Below are positions 31,488 to 40,744 of a stretch of DNA of 64,000 nucleotides, piece by piece. Position 1 is the first letter of the stretch, and the number at the start of each line of letters is the position of its first letter. The notes beneath the pieces were generated by a model. That model worked only from the letters and a program-made list of their open reading frames with translations. It was not told where the DNA came from and did not search any database. The position numbers were made by a program, and so were the translations under genes. Source of the DNA: an uncultured Acidobacteriaceae bacterium (GTDB taxonomy: Bacteria; Acidobacteriota; Terriglobia; Terriglobales; Acidobacteriaceae). The stretch spans positions 124,009 through 188,008 of the forward strand of contig CAVTQV010000005.1 in NCBI GenBank assembly GCA_963736915.1, given 5' to 3'.

Positions 31488-32242
31488 GCGGTCTGCGCGC
31501 CGCTTGCGGTACCGGGCCGGCCGGTCTCAATCTGGGGCTCGCGGCGATTGTCCACATAAAGGATGCGGCCGCAGCTTTCGCACTTCATCGACTGGCCGTC
31601 GCGCAGCTGATTCCAGAGCTGCGGGCGTATACCCATCTGGCAGCCGGTGCAGCGCTGATCGCGGGCGCGGGCCAGCGCGGTGCCGCGCGCTGCGGCGATG
31701 CGGTCGTACTCGGCGAGGCGGTCTTCATCAATTTGCGGGCGAAGCGCTGCGCGCTCCTCCTGCCATTTGCTGAGGTCGGCCTGCTCCAGCACGGTGCTGC
31801 GCGCCGCCGCGGCTTTTTCTGTTTCGAGATAGGCGGCGTGACTTGCGTGCTGCTGACGCGCGGCGAGCAGTTCGCGCTCGAGGATGTCGGAGCGCTCCAT
31901 GCTTTCGAGCTCGCTGTCTTCGAAGCGGCTGATCTCCTGCTCCGCGAAACTGATCTGGTGCTCGAGCGCGGTGGCCTGCGCCTGGTTCTGCACGATGTTG
32001 AGCTGCTGGCGCGACTTGGCGATCTTTCCCTGCTGGTCCTTGAGATCGCTTTCCAGGCGGCGGCGCAGTGCTTCTTCTTCGCGCTGGCGCTTTTCGAAAT
32101 CGGCGATGCTCTTTGCGTGAGCGGCGAGCTCGGCTTCGATGGAGCGAATGCGGCGCGGTGTGGCTTCGAGTGAGGCGCGGAGCTGGCGGATTTCCCCGTC
32201 GAGCTGCTGGAGGCGAATCAGGTTCTCGAGGGTCTGGTCCAT
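31484..32242 (-). CDS. Coiled-coil plus C4 zinc ribbon protein (CT398/HP0958-like)
   Basis: L..LQ.LD.EI, long coiled coil, CTGC…CESCGRIL. Confidence 0.9.
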   Translation of the reverse strand: MDQTLENLIRLQQLDGEIRQLRASLEATPRRIRSIEAELAAHAKSIADFEKRQREEEALRRRLESDLKDQQGKIAKSRQQLNIVQNQAQATALEHQISFAEQEISRFEDSELESMERSDILERELLAARQQHASHAAYLETEKAAAARSTVLEQADLSKWQEERAALRPQIDEDRLAEYDRIAAARGTALARARDQRCTGCQMGIRPQLWNQLRDGQSMKCESCGRILYVDNRREPQIETGRPGTASGAQTA

Positions 32243-32394
32243 AGATGGGTGGAGTCTAAATCATTTTAGCTGGGCGATAGCCGCGGCGCGGGCTCCGGAG
32301 ATCCCGGTTATCAGTCCGCATGAGGCAGGCAGTAGCCGGCGGCATTGCGTTCTTTGTCCGGATCGCAGGCGACGGAAGAGTAAACTTATAACTG

Positions 32395-33567
32395 ATGTTG
32401 TTCCCCGCGCGTCCCTTTCGATTGGCTCTTGTATCCACTGCTCTGGTTGTGTGTTCGCTGCTCCCGCCGATGCTTCGGGGACAGTCACCGTCTGACGCTT
32501 CGCTTTCCAAACAGGTCATTGCAACGGCAGCGCCCGCTCCGCTGCTGCCGGAGAGCTTCGCGGGCTTTGAGCTGCAGGGCAAGCTGGACAAGACCACCGA
32601 GCCGGGCACGGCGGATGCGGGCAATGCGCAGGTACTGGTGGAGGACGGCTTCCGCGACTTCGCCTCCGGCACGTATAAGAGCAACGTCAACACGGTGACG
32701 GTTCGCGCGATGCGATTCGCCGACGCCTCCGGCGCCTATGCCGCTTACACCTTCTATCGGATTCCAGGGATGGCTCCTGAAGACATCGGCAAGGGTGGAG
32801 CGGCCAATGGCGACCGCGTGCTCTTCTGGAATGGCGCGATCGTGGTGGACGCAAAGTTCGACCATCTGACTGCGATGTCTGCCGCTGCATTGCGGGAGCT
32901 TGCGGACCGGGTGCCGAAGGTTGGCGGATCGGCGGGTGTGCCGCCCGCGCTGCCCGGCTTTCTGCCTCGCACCGATCTGGAGCCGACGCACACGCGCTAC
33001 TCGCTGGGCCCGCAGGGCTACACGCGCAGCGGCGGTGTGCTGCCGGCTGCGCTGGTGGACTTCAGCAAGAGCCCCGAGGTGCTCAGCGGCGGATTTAACA
33101 TGCGAAGCGGAGAAGGGACCCTCACGATCATCGAGTATCCGACGCCGCAGATTGCCGCCGAGCGCGAGCGGGCGATTGCGGCATATCTGAAGGCGGGCAA
33201 TCAACCGCAGGAGCCCTTTACGGCCGCCCTGCAGAGTAGCAACGTACAGGCGCTTGCGACGCGCCGCAGCGGTCTGCTGGTCGGCATCACGAGCGGCGGG
33301 TTCGATGCCGGAGATGCGCACAAACTGCTGGACAAGGTGAACTACGAAGCTTCCGTGACCTGGAACAATCCGGCGGGCTATGTTCCGGACACCACAAAGG
33401 CGGCTCGGCTGCTGGTGAATGTGGTGACGTTCTGCCTGATCACCTGCGGCGCGACGTTTCTGCTGGGGCTGTTTCTCGGCGGCGGGCGGGCACTGTACCG
33501 CATTGCTCGAGGCAAGCCGGCCTCGTCGGTGGAGGAGATGGAGTTCATCAAGCTGAATCTCCGGTGA
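32395..33567 (+). CDS. Membrane-anchored periplasmic hypothetical protein
   Basis: Signal peptide, C-terminal TM helix, ends EFIKLNL. Confidence 0.8.
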   Translation: MLFPARPFRLALVSTALVVCSLLPPMLRGQSPSDASLSKQVIATAAPAPLLPESFAGFELQGKLDKTTEPGTADAGNAQVLVEDGFRDFASGTYKSNVNTVTVRAMRFADASGAYAAYTFYRIPGMAPEDIGKGGAANGDRVLFWNGAIVVDAKFDHLTAMSAAALRELADRVPKVGGSAGVPPALPGFLPRTDLEPTHTRYSLGPQGYTRSGGVLPAALVDFSKSPEVLSGGFNMRSGEGTLTIIEYPTPQIAAERERAIAAYLKAGNQPQEPFTAALQSSNVQALATRRSGLLVGITSGGFDAGDAHKLLDKVNYEASVTWNNPAGYVPDTTKAARLLVNVVTFCLITCGATFLLGLFLGGGRALYRIARGKPASSVEEMEFIKLNLR

Positions 33568-33803
33568 GCCCGAGTGTGGCGGATGTGCGACCAGATGTAG
33601 CCAGATTGCTACGGCTGTGCGGTCCCAAATTGAACCATGAACAGTGCAGTGCCTCAACTAACCTGAACAATCGGTTTAGGTTAGGAGGAGTAAAAATTTT
33701 GCTCAAGGCGAACACCAGGCGAATATATAGCGTGTTTTAGGACAATCTTCGTATCCTGCTAAGCCGCTTGTAATCTTGCGGTTACGAGGAAAATGATTTG
33801 GCC

Positions 33804-33832
33804 TTGACACCCCAATAGGCCACCCATACTAT
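33804..33832 (+). promoter_or_regulatory. sigma70 promoter
   Basis: TTGACA-N17-TACTAT. Confidence 0.8.
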
Positions 33833-33838
33833 GACGCC

Positions 33839-33918
33839 AAGAAAGTTCTGATGGCCTTGCCTCCGTTGGAACTATTCTCCCTAGAGAAAAAGCCACCCTG
33901 TTGCCGGGTGGCTTTTTC
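33839..33918 (+). ncRNA. Candidate ~80 nt sRNA
   Basis: Between the promoter and an intrinsic terminator; 11-bp hairpin with CCTTGCCT loop; TTCTCCCT linker. Confidence 0.65.
33886..33918 (+). terminator. Intrinsic terminator
   Basis: AAAAAGCCACCC-TGTTGCC-GGGTGGCTTTTT. Confidence 0.85.
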
Positions 33919-34045
33919 GTGTTTTGCGGACGATACGGGATGTCCGAATTCATGCGGCGCCTGCTTCCCTACCACTGACGTTGGAGTGAATGGCTGGGTC
34001 ACGCCGCCTATGGTTGCCTTCAGGTGTCCGAAAGGAAATCACAGG

Positions 34046-34429
34046 ATGGCAGGACGCAAGGCACTTCCCGAGTGGTGCGAGTACGTTATTGATCCCGGCG
34101 TCGATCGAATGAAACCTGGACTCTATCAGTGGACGATAGACGGCGCGGACATTTACATCGGCAAGTACACACACAGCAGAAGGCCCGAACGGGAATATGC
34201 ATTGAATGTCGAGCGGCTCCTTGCCGGCAAGCCCTACCACAACAAAGGCAAAGACTTTCGAGCTATTCACTACGCACTTGCGAAAGCTGTTCAAGAGGGA
34301 CGCCGAATCGAACTTCGTTTGCTAGCGAACAAGGATTCAGCAACCATTCTCGCGTGTGAAAATGAATTGATTCGATTGCACGGCACGCTGAATCGCACCG
34401 GAAGCCGAGCAACAAAACCAAAGAGCTAA
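34046..34429 (+). CDS. Stand-alone GIY-YIG-like nuclease
   Basis: PGLY…IYIGK, CENELI (Glu), terminal LN; AAAGGA upstream; lower GC. Confidence 0.7.
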   Translation: MAGRKALPEWCEYVIDPGVDRMKPGLYQWTIDGADIYIGKYTHSRRPEREYALNVERLLAGKPYHNKGKDFRAIHYALAKAVQEGRRIELRLLANKDSATILACENELIRLHGTLNRTGSRATKPKS

Positions 34430-34487
34430 CAGGAGCCGCACCAACTTTACCGTTTCTGCTTGGCGACGCTACAATCCAGTAGGGAAC

Positions 34488-34563
34488 GCCGACGTAGCTC
34501 AGTTGGTAGAGCAGCCGATTCGTAATCGGCAGGTCACCGGTTCAAGTCCGGTCGTCGGCTCCA
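34488..34563 (+). tRNA. tRNA-Thr(CGT)
   Basis: Cloverleaf; anticodon arm GCCGA-TTCGTAA-TCGGC; encoded CCA. Confidence 0.97.
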
Positions 34564-34799
34564 GACAAGGTGGAACCAAGCTCGGTTCCTCTTGGGTTTT
34601 GTACCTCTTTTTCCTCTTTTATTTCAGCTTTGCGGCTTGCACCGTCAGCCGCGACTCCGCATAATCGCGCTAAGCATCTTCGGGAATCCTGTGATGCACG
34701 AGGATTTTCTCGGCAGTGGTGGAACGGCCTACAGCGATACCGAAATGCTTGAGCGGTCTGGAGCAGATGGGGCTTCGTCCCCTCGACGAGCGTGACGCT

Positions 34800-35756
34800 G
34801 TGAGCAGATATAGCCGTCAGGACGTTCTTCGCATTCTGCGCCTTCGTGCCCGGCAGGTTTCGGCATGGGAGCGTGCGGGCCTGATCGAGACGGGCGAGTC
34901 GTATAGCTTTCAGGACCTGGTAAAACTCCGAAAACTTCGTGATCTGCGCGCAAACTGTGTTTCCGTTGCGCACATTCGTGCGTCCGTGGATGCCATGCAG
35001 GCCGTTTCGGGCATGAGTAATCCCCTGCTGGAGGCGACTGCCTCGCGTCGCGGTTCGCGCGTGGTCTTTCGCCATTCCGGTGCAGTCATGGAGCCGATCG
35101 CGCGTCAGTTCGTCTTCGATTTCGACGCGCCGGCCTGCGGCGAGCTATCGGTTGTGGCGAATACCAATTCCAAACCCGCGGCCGCGGACGGCCGTGTCTC
35201 CGCATTGTTCCTGCAGGCGGTGCAGCTTGAGGAGAGCGGCAGGATGGATGAGGCGGCTGAAGCGTATGAAGAGTTGCTGCACCTCGATCCGCACCACGCG
35301 CCATCCTCGATCAATCTGGGCACGATCTGCTACAACCGGCGGGCATTCCGGCGCGCAGAGGAGCTGTATCGCCGCGCCACCATCTCCGATCCGGGCTATG
35401 CGCTGGCCTTCTTCGATCTTGGAAACGTGCTCGACGAGCTGGAGCGCCTGCCCGATGCCATCGAAGCGTACCGCAGCGCCATACGGCTGGTGCCCAAGTA
35501 TGCCGATGCGCATTACAACCTGGCGCTGGCCTACGAGCGCATCGGAGAGCGGCGGCGCGCTCTGCGCCATTGGACGCTGTACCTGAAGCTGGACCCGGTA
35601 GGCCCGTGGGCAAACCATGCTCGCACGCAGGCGCGGAAAATTCTGTCGCGGGAGAAGCTGACGATCGTGCACCGCTCGCCGTGGGTTTCGCGGCGACGTC
35701 CCGAATCGCGGAGTGCGCAGGCGACTGCTGAACACGGGCCCGGCCTTCCCGCCTGA
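34800..35756 (+). CDS. MerR-like HTH plus TPR protein
   Basis: YSRQDV.RIL…W.RAGL…YSFQDL N-terminus; several TPRs (YADAHYNLA). Confidence 0.85.
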   Translation: MSRYSRQDVLRILRLRARQVSAWERAGLIETGESYSFQDLVKLRKLRDLRANCVSVAHIRASVDAMQAVSGMSNPLLEATASRRGSRVVFRHSGAVMEPIARQFVFDFDAPACGELSVVANTNSKPAAADGRVSALFLQAVQLEESGRMDEAAEAYEELLHLDPHHAPSSINLGTICYNRRAFRRAEELYRRATISDPGYALAFFDLGNVLDELERLPDAIEAYRSAIRLVPKYADAHYNLALAYERIGERRRALRHWTLYLKLDPVGPWANHARTQARKILSREKLTIVHRSPWVSRRRPESRSAQATAEHGPGLPA

Positions 35757-35818
35757 ATTGCGCGTTCCGATGAGCTCGTAAAATCCCAGTCGGCGGCGCA
35801 TCCAAGTCAAACAGCTTT

Positions 35819-36550
35819 ATGCCAAGGCAGCCTGGCAATCCGCGGCCGGCGACGCACGCGATCCCACTGATCTGTCTGCTCTGTGCAGTGGCCGGCTCAG
35901 TCGATGCATCCGCCTACCTGCTGAGTGGGCGCGTCTTTGTTGCGAACATGACGGGCAATACCGTACTGTTCGCCATCTCGCTGCTGCAGCGGAATCCGGG
36001 AGAAGTTGCGCTGCGCGGCGGCCTGGTAGCGGCGTTTCTGGCTGGTGTGATCATCGCGCGTCTCCTGGCCAGGATCGCCGGGCGAAAGCGCCGACGAAGA
36101 TGCAGCGCATCGCTATTCTCGGCATTGAATCGGCCGTCTTGCTCATGCTCGCGTGGAAGAACGCCGGAGCGCACGCAGGTCTTTTGCTGTTGCTGCTGGC
36201 CTGTATTCTCGGGGTACAAAACGGCGCCTTCCGGTACATTGGCGGTTTCCACCTGAACACCACGTTCATCACCGGGGATCTGGAGTTGCTGGGCGAAGCG
36301 ATCATAGATTCCCGAAGGTCGGATTCCCGGAATTCGGAGTCGCAGAATCCGGATCCGCGGAATTCGCGCGCCAAGGTGAGCGCCTTCGTGCTGAGCTGGG
36401 TGGGATATGCCGGCGGCGCGTTGCTAGGCGCGCTGGGCGCGGTGAAGTTTCCTCATCATGGATTTCTTGCCGTCGATGATGCTGGCGCTGGCATCGCTCA
36501 TAGCAGTGATGCTGATGCCGGAAGGGTCCGGGCATCGGCAGGAAAAGTGA
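35819..36550 (+). CDS. YoaK/DUF1275 membrane protein (frameshifts ~36085, ~36475)
   Basis: AGSVDA…FVANMTGN.V in first frame; G.QNG…NTTFITG in second; hydrophobic tail in third ending TGA 36550. Confidence 0.8.
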
Positions 36551-36692
36551 TCTGAGAAGCATCTGTGCCAATGCCTACTTTCCGATTCCGTCAGAATGCA
36601 TGCATTCAACTGACCCTGCTACACTCTTCCGTTTGGACGGAGACTGCACGGCTTCTCTCCACGTCAATCTGTAGAAGTGAGGTGTACATATC

Positions 36693-37874
36693 ATGTCCGT
36701 AGTGGCCCTGGAATCTCCCCATGCATCGCCGTTGAGCCGGCTTTCCGAAGATGAGCTGATGTTTCGTGACACGGTTCGCCAGTTTGCCGGCGAGATTATA
36801 GGGCCGCTGGTGCGCAAGATGGATGAGGAGCAGCATTTTCATCCTTCCCTGCTGCCGCAGCTCTTCAATCTGGGTTTGATGGGAATTGAAATCCCGGTGG
36901 AATACGGGGGCGCGGGCGGCACCTTCTTTGAAGCCATCCTTGCGGTGGAAGAGATCTCCGCGGTCGATCCCTCGGTCGGCGTGATGGTGGACGTGCAGAA
37001 CACGCTCTCCATTAACGCGCTGCTGCGCTGGGGCAGCGAGGCGCAGAAGAAGCATTATCTGCCGAAGCTTGCGACGGAGATGGTGGGCGCGTACGCGCTG
37101 AGCGAAGCCGGCTCCGGCAGCGATGCCTTTGCGCTGGAGACTCGGGCGGAGCGCAAGGGCGACCACTATGTGCTGAACGGACAGAAGTTGTGGATTACGA
37201 ACGCGAAGGAAGCCGGCGTGTTCATCGTCTTCGCGACGATGGACCGAGCCGCCGGCTACAAAGGCATTACGGCGTTCCTGGTGGAGAAGCACTTCCCCGG
37301 TTTTTCTGTCGGCAAGAAGGAAGACAAGCTGGGCATCCGCGCTTCTTCAACATGCGAGCTGATCTTCGATGACTGCAAGGTGCCGGCCGCGAATGTGCTG
37401 GGCGAGGTGGGCAAGGGCTACAAGATCGCGATCGAGACGCTGAACGAAGGGCGCATCGGCATCGGCGCGCAGATGCTGGGGCTGGCGCAGGGTGCGTGGA
37501 ACCACGCAGCGCACTACGCGAAGGAGCGGAAACAGTTCGGAAAACCTATCGCGGAGTTCCAGGGCGTGCTGTTTCAGCTTGCCGAGATGGCGGTTGAGAT
37601 CGAAGCGACGCGGATGATGGTTTACAACGCTGCCCGGCTGAAGGATGCCGGCCTCGACTTTGTGAAAGAAGCGGCGATGGCGAAGTACTTCGCCTCGCAG
37701 GTGGCGGAACGCGCGGCGAGCAAGGCGGTCGAGATCTACGGCGGCTATGGCTTCGTGAAGGACTATCCGGTGGAGAAGCTCTATCGAGACGCGAAGATCG
37801 GCAAGATTTACGAAGGCACCTCGAACATGCAGCTCCAGACGATTGGAAAGCTGTTGCTGAGTCAGGTTAAGTAG
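36693..37874 (+). CDS. Acyl-CoA dehydrogenase (short/branched chain type)
   Basis: ALSEAGSGSDA, LNGQK.WITN, KLGIRASST, ERKQFG, YRDAKIG.IYEGT. Confidence 0.96.
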   Translation: MSVVALESPHASPLSRLSEDELMFRDTVRQFAGEIIGPLVRKMDEEQHFHPSLLPQLFNLGLMGIEIPVEYGGAGGTFFEAILAVEEISAVDPSVGVMVDVQNTLSINALLRWGSEAQKKHYLPKLATEMVGAYALSEAGSGSDAFALETRAERKGDHYVLNGQKLWITNAKEAGVFIVFATMDRAAGYKGITAFLVEKHFPGFSVGKKEDKLGIRASSTCELIFDDCKVPAANVLGEVGKGYKIAIETLNEGRIGIGAQMLGLAQGAWNHAAHYAKERKQFGKPIAEFQGVLFQLAEMAVEIEATRMMVYNAARLKDAGLDFVKEAAMAKYFASQVAERAASKAVEIYGGYGFVKDYPVEKLYRDAKIGKIYEGTSNMQLQTIGKLLLSQVK

Positions 37875-37890
37875 CTGCAAGGCCGTGAAT

Positions 37891-38439
37891 TCATCCGGTT
37901 GATTCTCCGGCTGAACGGATTGCGCGCTCTATTTGGCGTGCGTGGTGCCGCGCGTGTGTGCGGTGGAAGCGGCGCCACCGTTCTACGCTGAGCGGCCCCA
38001 GCAGAAAATGAGTCAGCACGGGCGCATTCTTCGACTGTGGCTCGATGCGATTCAGCATTGAGTCCATCGCGGCGAGCGTGGCGCTGAAACGGGCGATCAA
38101 CTCATCGCCAGTTAGTGGCTCACCCGATGGCTCGCCGGGTTGCACCGCGAGCGGCGCTTTGCGGGCTTTGGGAAAGTAGCCACATTCACAGACCGCCAAT
38201 TGTTTGACGCGTTGCGCAAACGTAGGACGCGTGAGCAGCGGCCTTCCCTTCCGGAGGCGATCCTCAATGCCGCTGGTGGTGGATCGCCAGGTGGCGGAGA
38301 GGTGCTCGACTACCTGCTGCGCGCTCCACCGGGCCGGGTCTCCGGCTGGATGGCGGACGACCTGCTCGGCAGAGCGGCCGGCTAACGGCGCGCTCACCAG
38401 CTCCCGTATCTCATCGAGCAGAGGATGCACGGCTGCCAT
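37891..38439 (-). CDS. DinB/DUF1569-like protein
   Basis: WS..QVVEHL, H..LGPLS…W..FH..H..HH. Confidence 0.8.
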   Translation of the reverse strand: MAAVHPLLDEIRELVSAPLAGRSAEQVVRHPAGDPARWSAQQVVEHLSATWRSTTSGIEDRLRKGRPLLTRPTFAQRVKQLAVCECGYFPKARKAPLAVQPGEPSGEPLTGDELIARFSATLAAMDSMLNRIEPQSKNAPVLTHFLLGPLSVERWRRFHRTHARHHARQIERAIRSAGESTG

Positions 38440-38534
38440 TGTCGGCAGCGGGATGTGCGGTGGTCAAGCGGCGCGGTTGTGCCTGTGCTGCTGCTCTTCG
38501 AGTATGCTGGCGTTTGTTTTGGAGGGGAAGATAC

Positions 38535-40259
38535 ATGCGGCGATTGTGGATTCTGTTCTGTCTGGCGATTTGGGCGTGTGGGACGGCGACCGCGCAGACT
38601 CAGGCGGAGCCGCTGAAGACGAACGGTGATGTGTGGTGGAAGCACGCGGTGATCTACGAGGTGTACCCCCGCAGCTTCCAGGACACGGACGGCAATGGGA
38701 CGGGCGACATCAAGGGCATTCAGCAGCGGCTGAGCTATCTGAAGTCGCTGGGTATTGATGCGATCTGGATTACGCCGATGTATCCGTCGCCGCAGGTGGA
38801 TTTCGGCTATGACATCGCGGACTATGAGGCAATCGATCCGCAGTACGGCACGATGGGCGACTTCGACAACCTGATGAAGGCGGCGAAGCAGCAGGGCATC
38901 CGGGTCATTATGGATATGGTGATGAACCATACTTCGGACCAGAACCCGTGGTTCCTGGAGTCGCGGTCGTCGAAGACCAATCCCAAACGCGACTGGTATA
39001 TCTGGCGCGACGGCAAGAATGGCGGACCGCCGAACAACTGGCAGTCGTGGTTCGGCCACTCGGCCTGGACTTACGATCCGAAGACCAAGCAGTACTACTA
39101 CCACTACTTCTATGTGCAGCAGCCGGACCTGAACTGGCGCAATCCCGAGGTGCGCAAGGCGATGTATGACGTGATGCGCTTCTGGCTGGACAAGGGCGTT
39201 GCCGGATTCCGCATCGATGCCATCTCGCGGCTCTTCGAAGACCCGAACCTGCATGATGATCCGATTCTGCCGGGCACAAATGCCTTTGGCGATCCGAACA
39301 TCGAGCACAAGTACACGGACAATCTGCCGGAAGTGCATGACGTGCTGAAGGAGATGCGCAAGCTGGTGGACAGCTATCCGGGACATCCGGTGCTGCTCTC
39401 CGAGGCGGACGAGCCGAATATCGTCGAGCTGTCAAAGATGTATGGCACGCACGATGATGAGGTGCAGTTGCCGATGGATTTCCAGATCGCGGATGTGAAT
39501 GAGCTTTCCGCGACGAAATTTCGCAAGCTGTTTGATGATGTGGAGAACAATCCGGCGCATGGGTGGCCGGAGTACTTCTTCAGCAATCATGACCAGGCGC
39601 GGCAGTGGGACCGCTATGGCGACGGCAAGCACAACGATGAGATCGCGAAGCTGATGGCGGCGCTGGAATTGTTGCCGCGGGCCACCCCCCAGATGTACTA
39701 CGGGGAGGAGATCGGGATGCGCACTACGGTGCCCACCCGGGTGGAGGATGTGCGCGATCCCGTCGGTGTGACCGGGTGGCCGAAGGACAAGGGCCGCGAT
39801 GGGGAGCGCACGCCGATGCAGTGGACACCGGCGCGGCCGAATGCCGGGTTTACGTGGCCGACGGCGAAGCCGTGGCTGCCAGTGCCGCCGAGTTCGGTGA
39901 CGTATAACGTGGAGACCGAGTCGAAGGACCCGACGTCGATCCTGAATTTTTATAAGCAACTGCTGACGCTGCGGCGGACCGAGCCGGCGCTGGTGAGCGG
40001 TGGCTACGTGACGATCAATCCGGATGATCCGAATGTTTTTTCGTTCCTGCGGCACTATCTGGGGAATGGCCGCTCGGTGCTGGTGGCGCTGAATATGAGC
40101 GACAAGCCGCAGATGGTGACCTATGACCTGACGTCGCAGGGGGTGACCGGGGGCGTGGGGCTGATGCTGCTGAACAGTTACGGTTACGAGAGCAAGACGA
40201 TCCGGCTGGACCACATGACGATTCCGCCGTTTGGGACGGCGGTGGTGGGGGTTAAGTGA
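38535..40259 (+). CDS. Secreted GH13 alpha-glucosidase
   Basis: Signal peptide; YPRSFQD, DFGYD, NHTS, GFRIDA, NHDQ, YYGEEIGM, RDGERTPMQW. Confidence 0.95.
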   Translation: MRRLWILFCLAIWACGTATAQTQAEPLKTNGDVWWKHAVIYEVYPRSFQDTDGNGTGDIKGIQQRLSYLKSLGIDAIWITPMYPSPQVDFGYDIADYEAIDPQYGTMGDFDNLMKAAKQQGIRVIMDMVMNHTSDQNPWFLESRSSKTNPKRDWYIWRDGKNGGPPNNWQSWFGHSAWTYDPKTKQYYYHYFYVQQPDLNWRNPEVRKAMYDVMRFWLDKGVAGFRIDAISRLFEDPNLHDDPILPGTNAFGDPNIEHKYTDNLPEVHDVLKEMRKLVDSYPGHPVLLSEADEPNIVELSKMYGTHDDEVQLPMDFQIADVNELSATKFRKLFDDVENNPAHGWPEYFFSNHDQARQWDRYGDGKHNDEIAKLMAALELLPRATPQMYYGEEIGMRTTVPTRVEDVRDPVGVTGWPKDKGRDGERTPMQWTPARPNAGFTWPTAKPWLPVPPSSVTYNVETESKDPTSILNFYKQLLTLRRTEPALVSGGYVTINPDDPNVFSFLRHYLGNGRSVLVALNMSDKPQMVTYDLTSQGVTGGVGLMLLNSYGYESKTIRLDHMTIPPFGTAVVGVK

Positions 40260-40262
40260 CGG

Positions 40263-40493
40263 TACCCCCCCCTCCCGTCACCGGAGGCTGGCTTGTAACT
40301 CTTTTGGTTGCTATAGGATGGGCGGCCTTCCGAGGGCCAAATTCTTCTTTCTAAAGGGCTTATCGCTTTATTCGTCATTCCACAGGAGTTAGGGGCAGCG
40401 AATACCTCGCAAAATAGAAAAGCCACCGCTGTGGTGGCTTTTTGTTTCCGACTCTGTTTCCAGTGTAGCGAAATGGATGTAATTAACTGGCAG
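40263..40493. repeat. Dispersed modular non-coding element, copy B
   Basis: Colinear with 28846-29094. Confidence 0.85.
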
Positions 40494-40545
40494 GTTTTGA
40501 CGATTTGTTCGTGTTGCTGTTCCGTTATGGACCGGCTGGGTCAGA

Positions 40546-40621
40546 CGAATGAAGGATGACCCTGCGGGTCGACTGGATTGTTTTTGAACTACCCCACCCT
40601 TCGGCTAGAGTAGGGCACCCG
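40546..40621. repeat. Downstream partner motif with REP-like hairpin, copy B
   Basis: Homologous to 29414-29492. Confidence 0.85.
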
Positions 40622-40650
40622 GTTTGTGGTTCGTGCCGGATTGCATGCCA

Positions 40651-40675
40651 AAATATGACAACCCCTGTCATATTT
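40651..40675. promoter_or_regulatory. Perfect inverted repeat, likely operator
   Basis: AAATATGACA-ACCCC-TGTCATATTT, 70 bp upstream of ORF 40745. Confidence 0.55.
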
Positions 40676-40744
40676 CACGCCTCCCTTTCGCGTTGCTCCG
40701 ATGACGCTTTCGGGCAGGCGATCCGTGTAGAGTGAAGGTTCCCT

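Noticed and set aside
33851-34045. N-terminal extension of the GIY-YIG ORF from ATG 33851
   Set aside because: It crosses a strong terminator and lacks an RBS; ATG 34046 has AAAGGA upstream.
34488-34563. tRNA-Thr as an integration site of a genomic island
   Set aside because: No duplicated tRNA 3' end and no integrase seen in the window; the same holds for tRNA-Arg at 60000.
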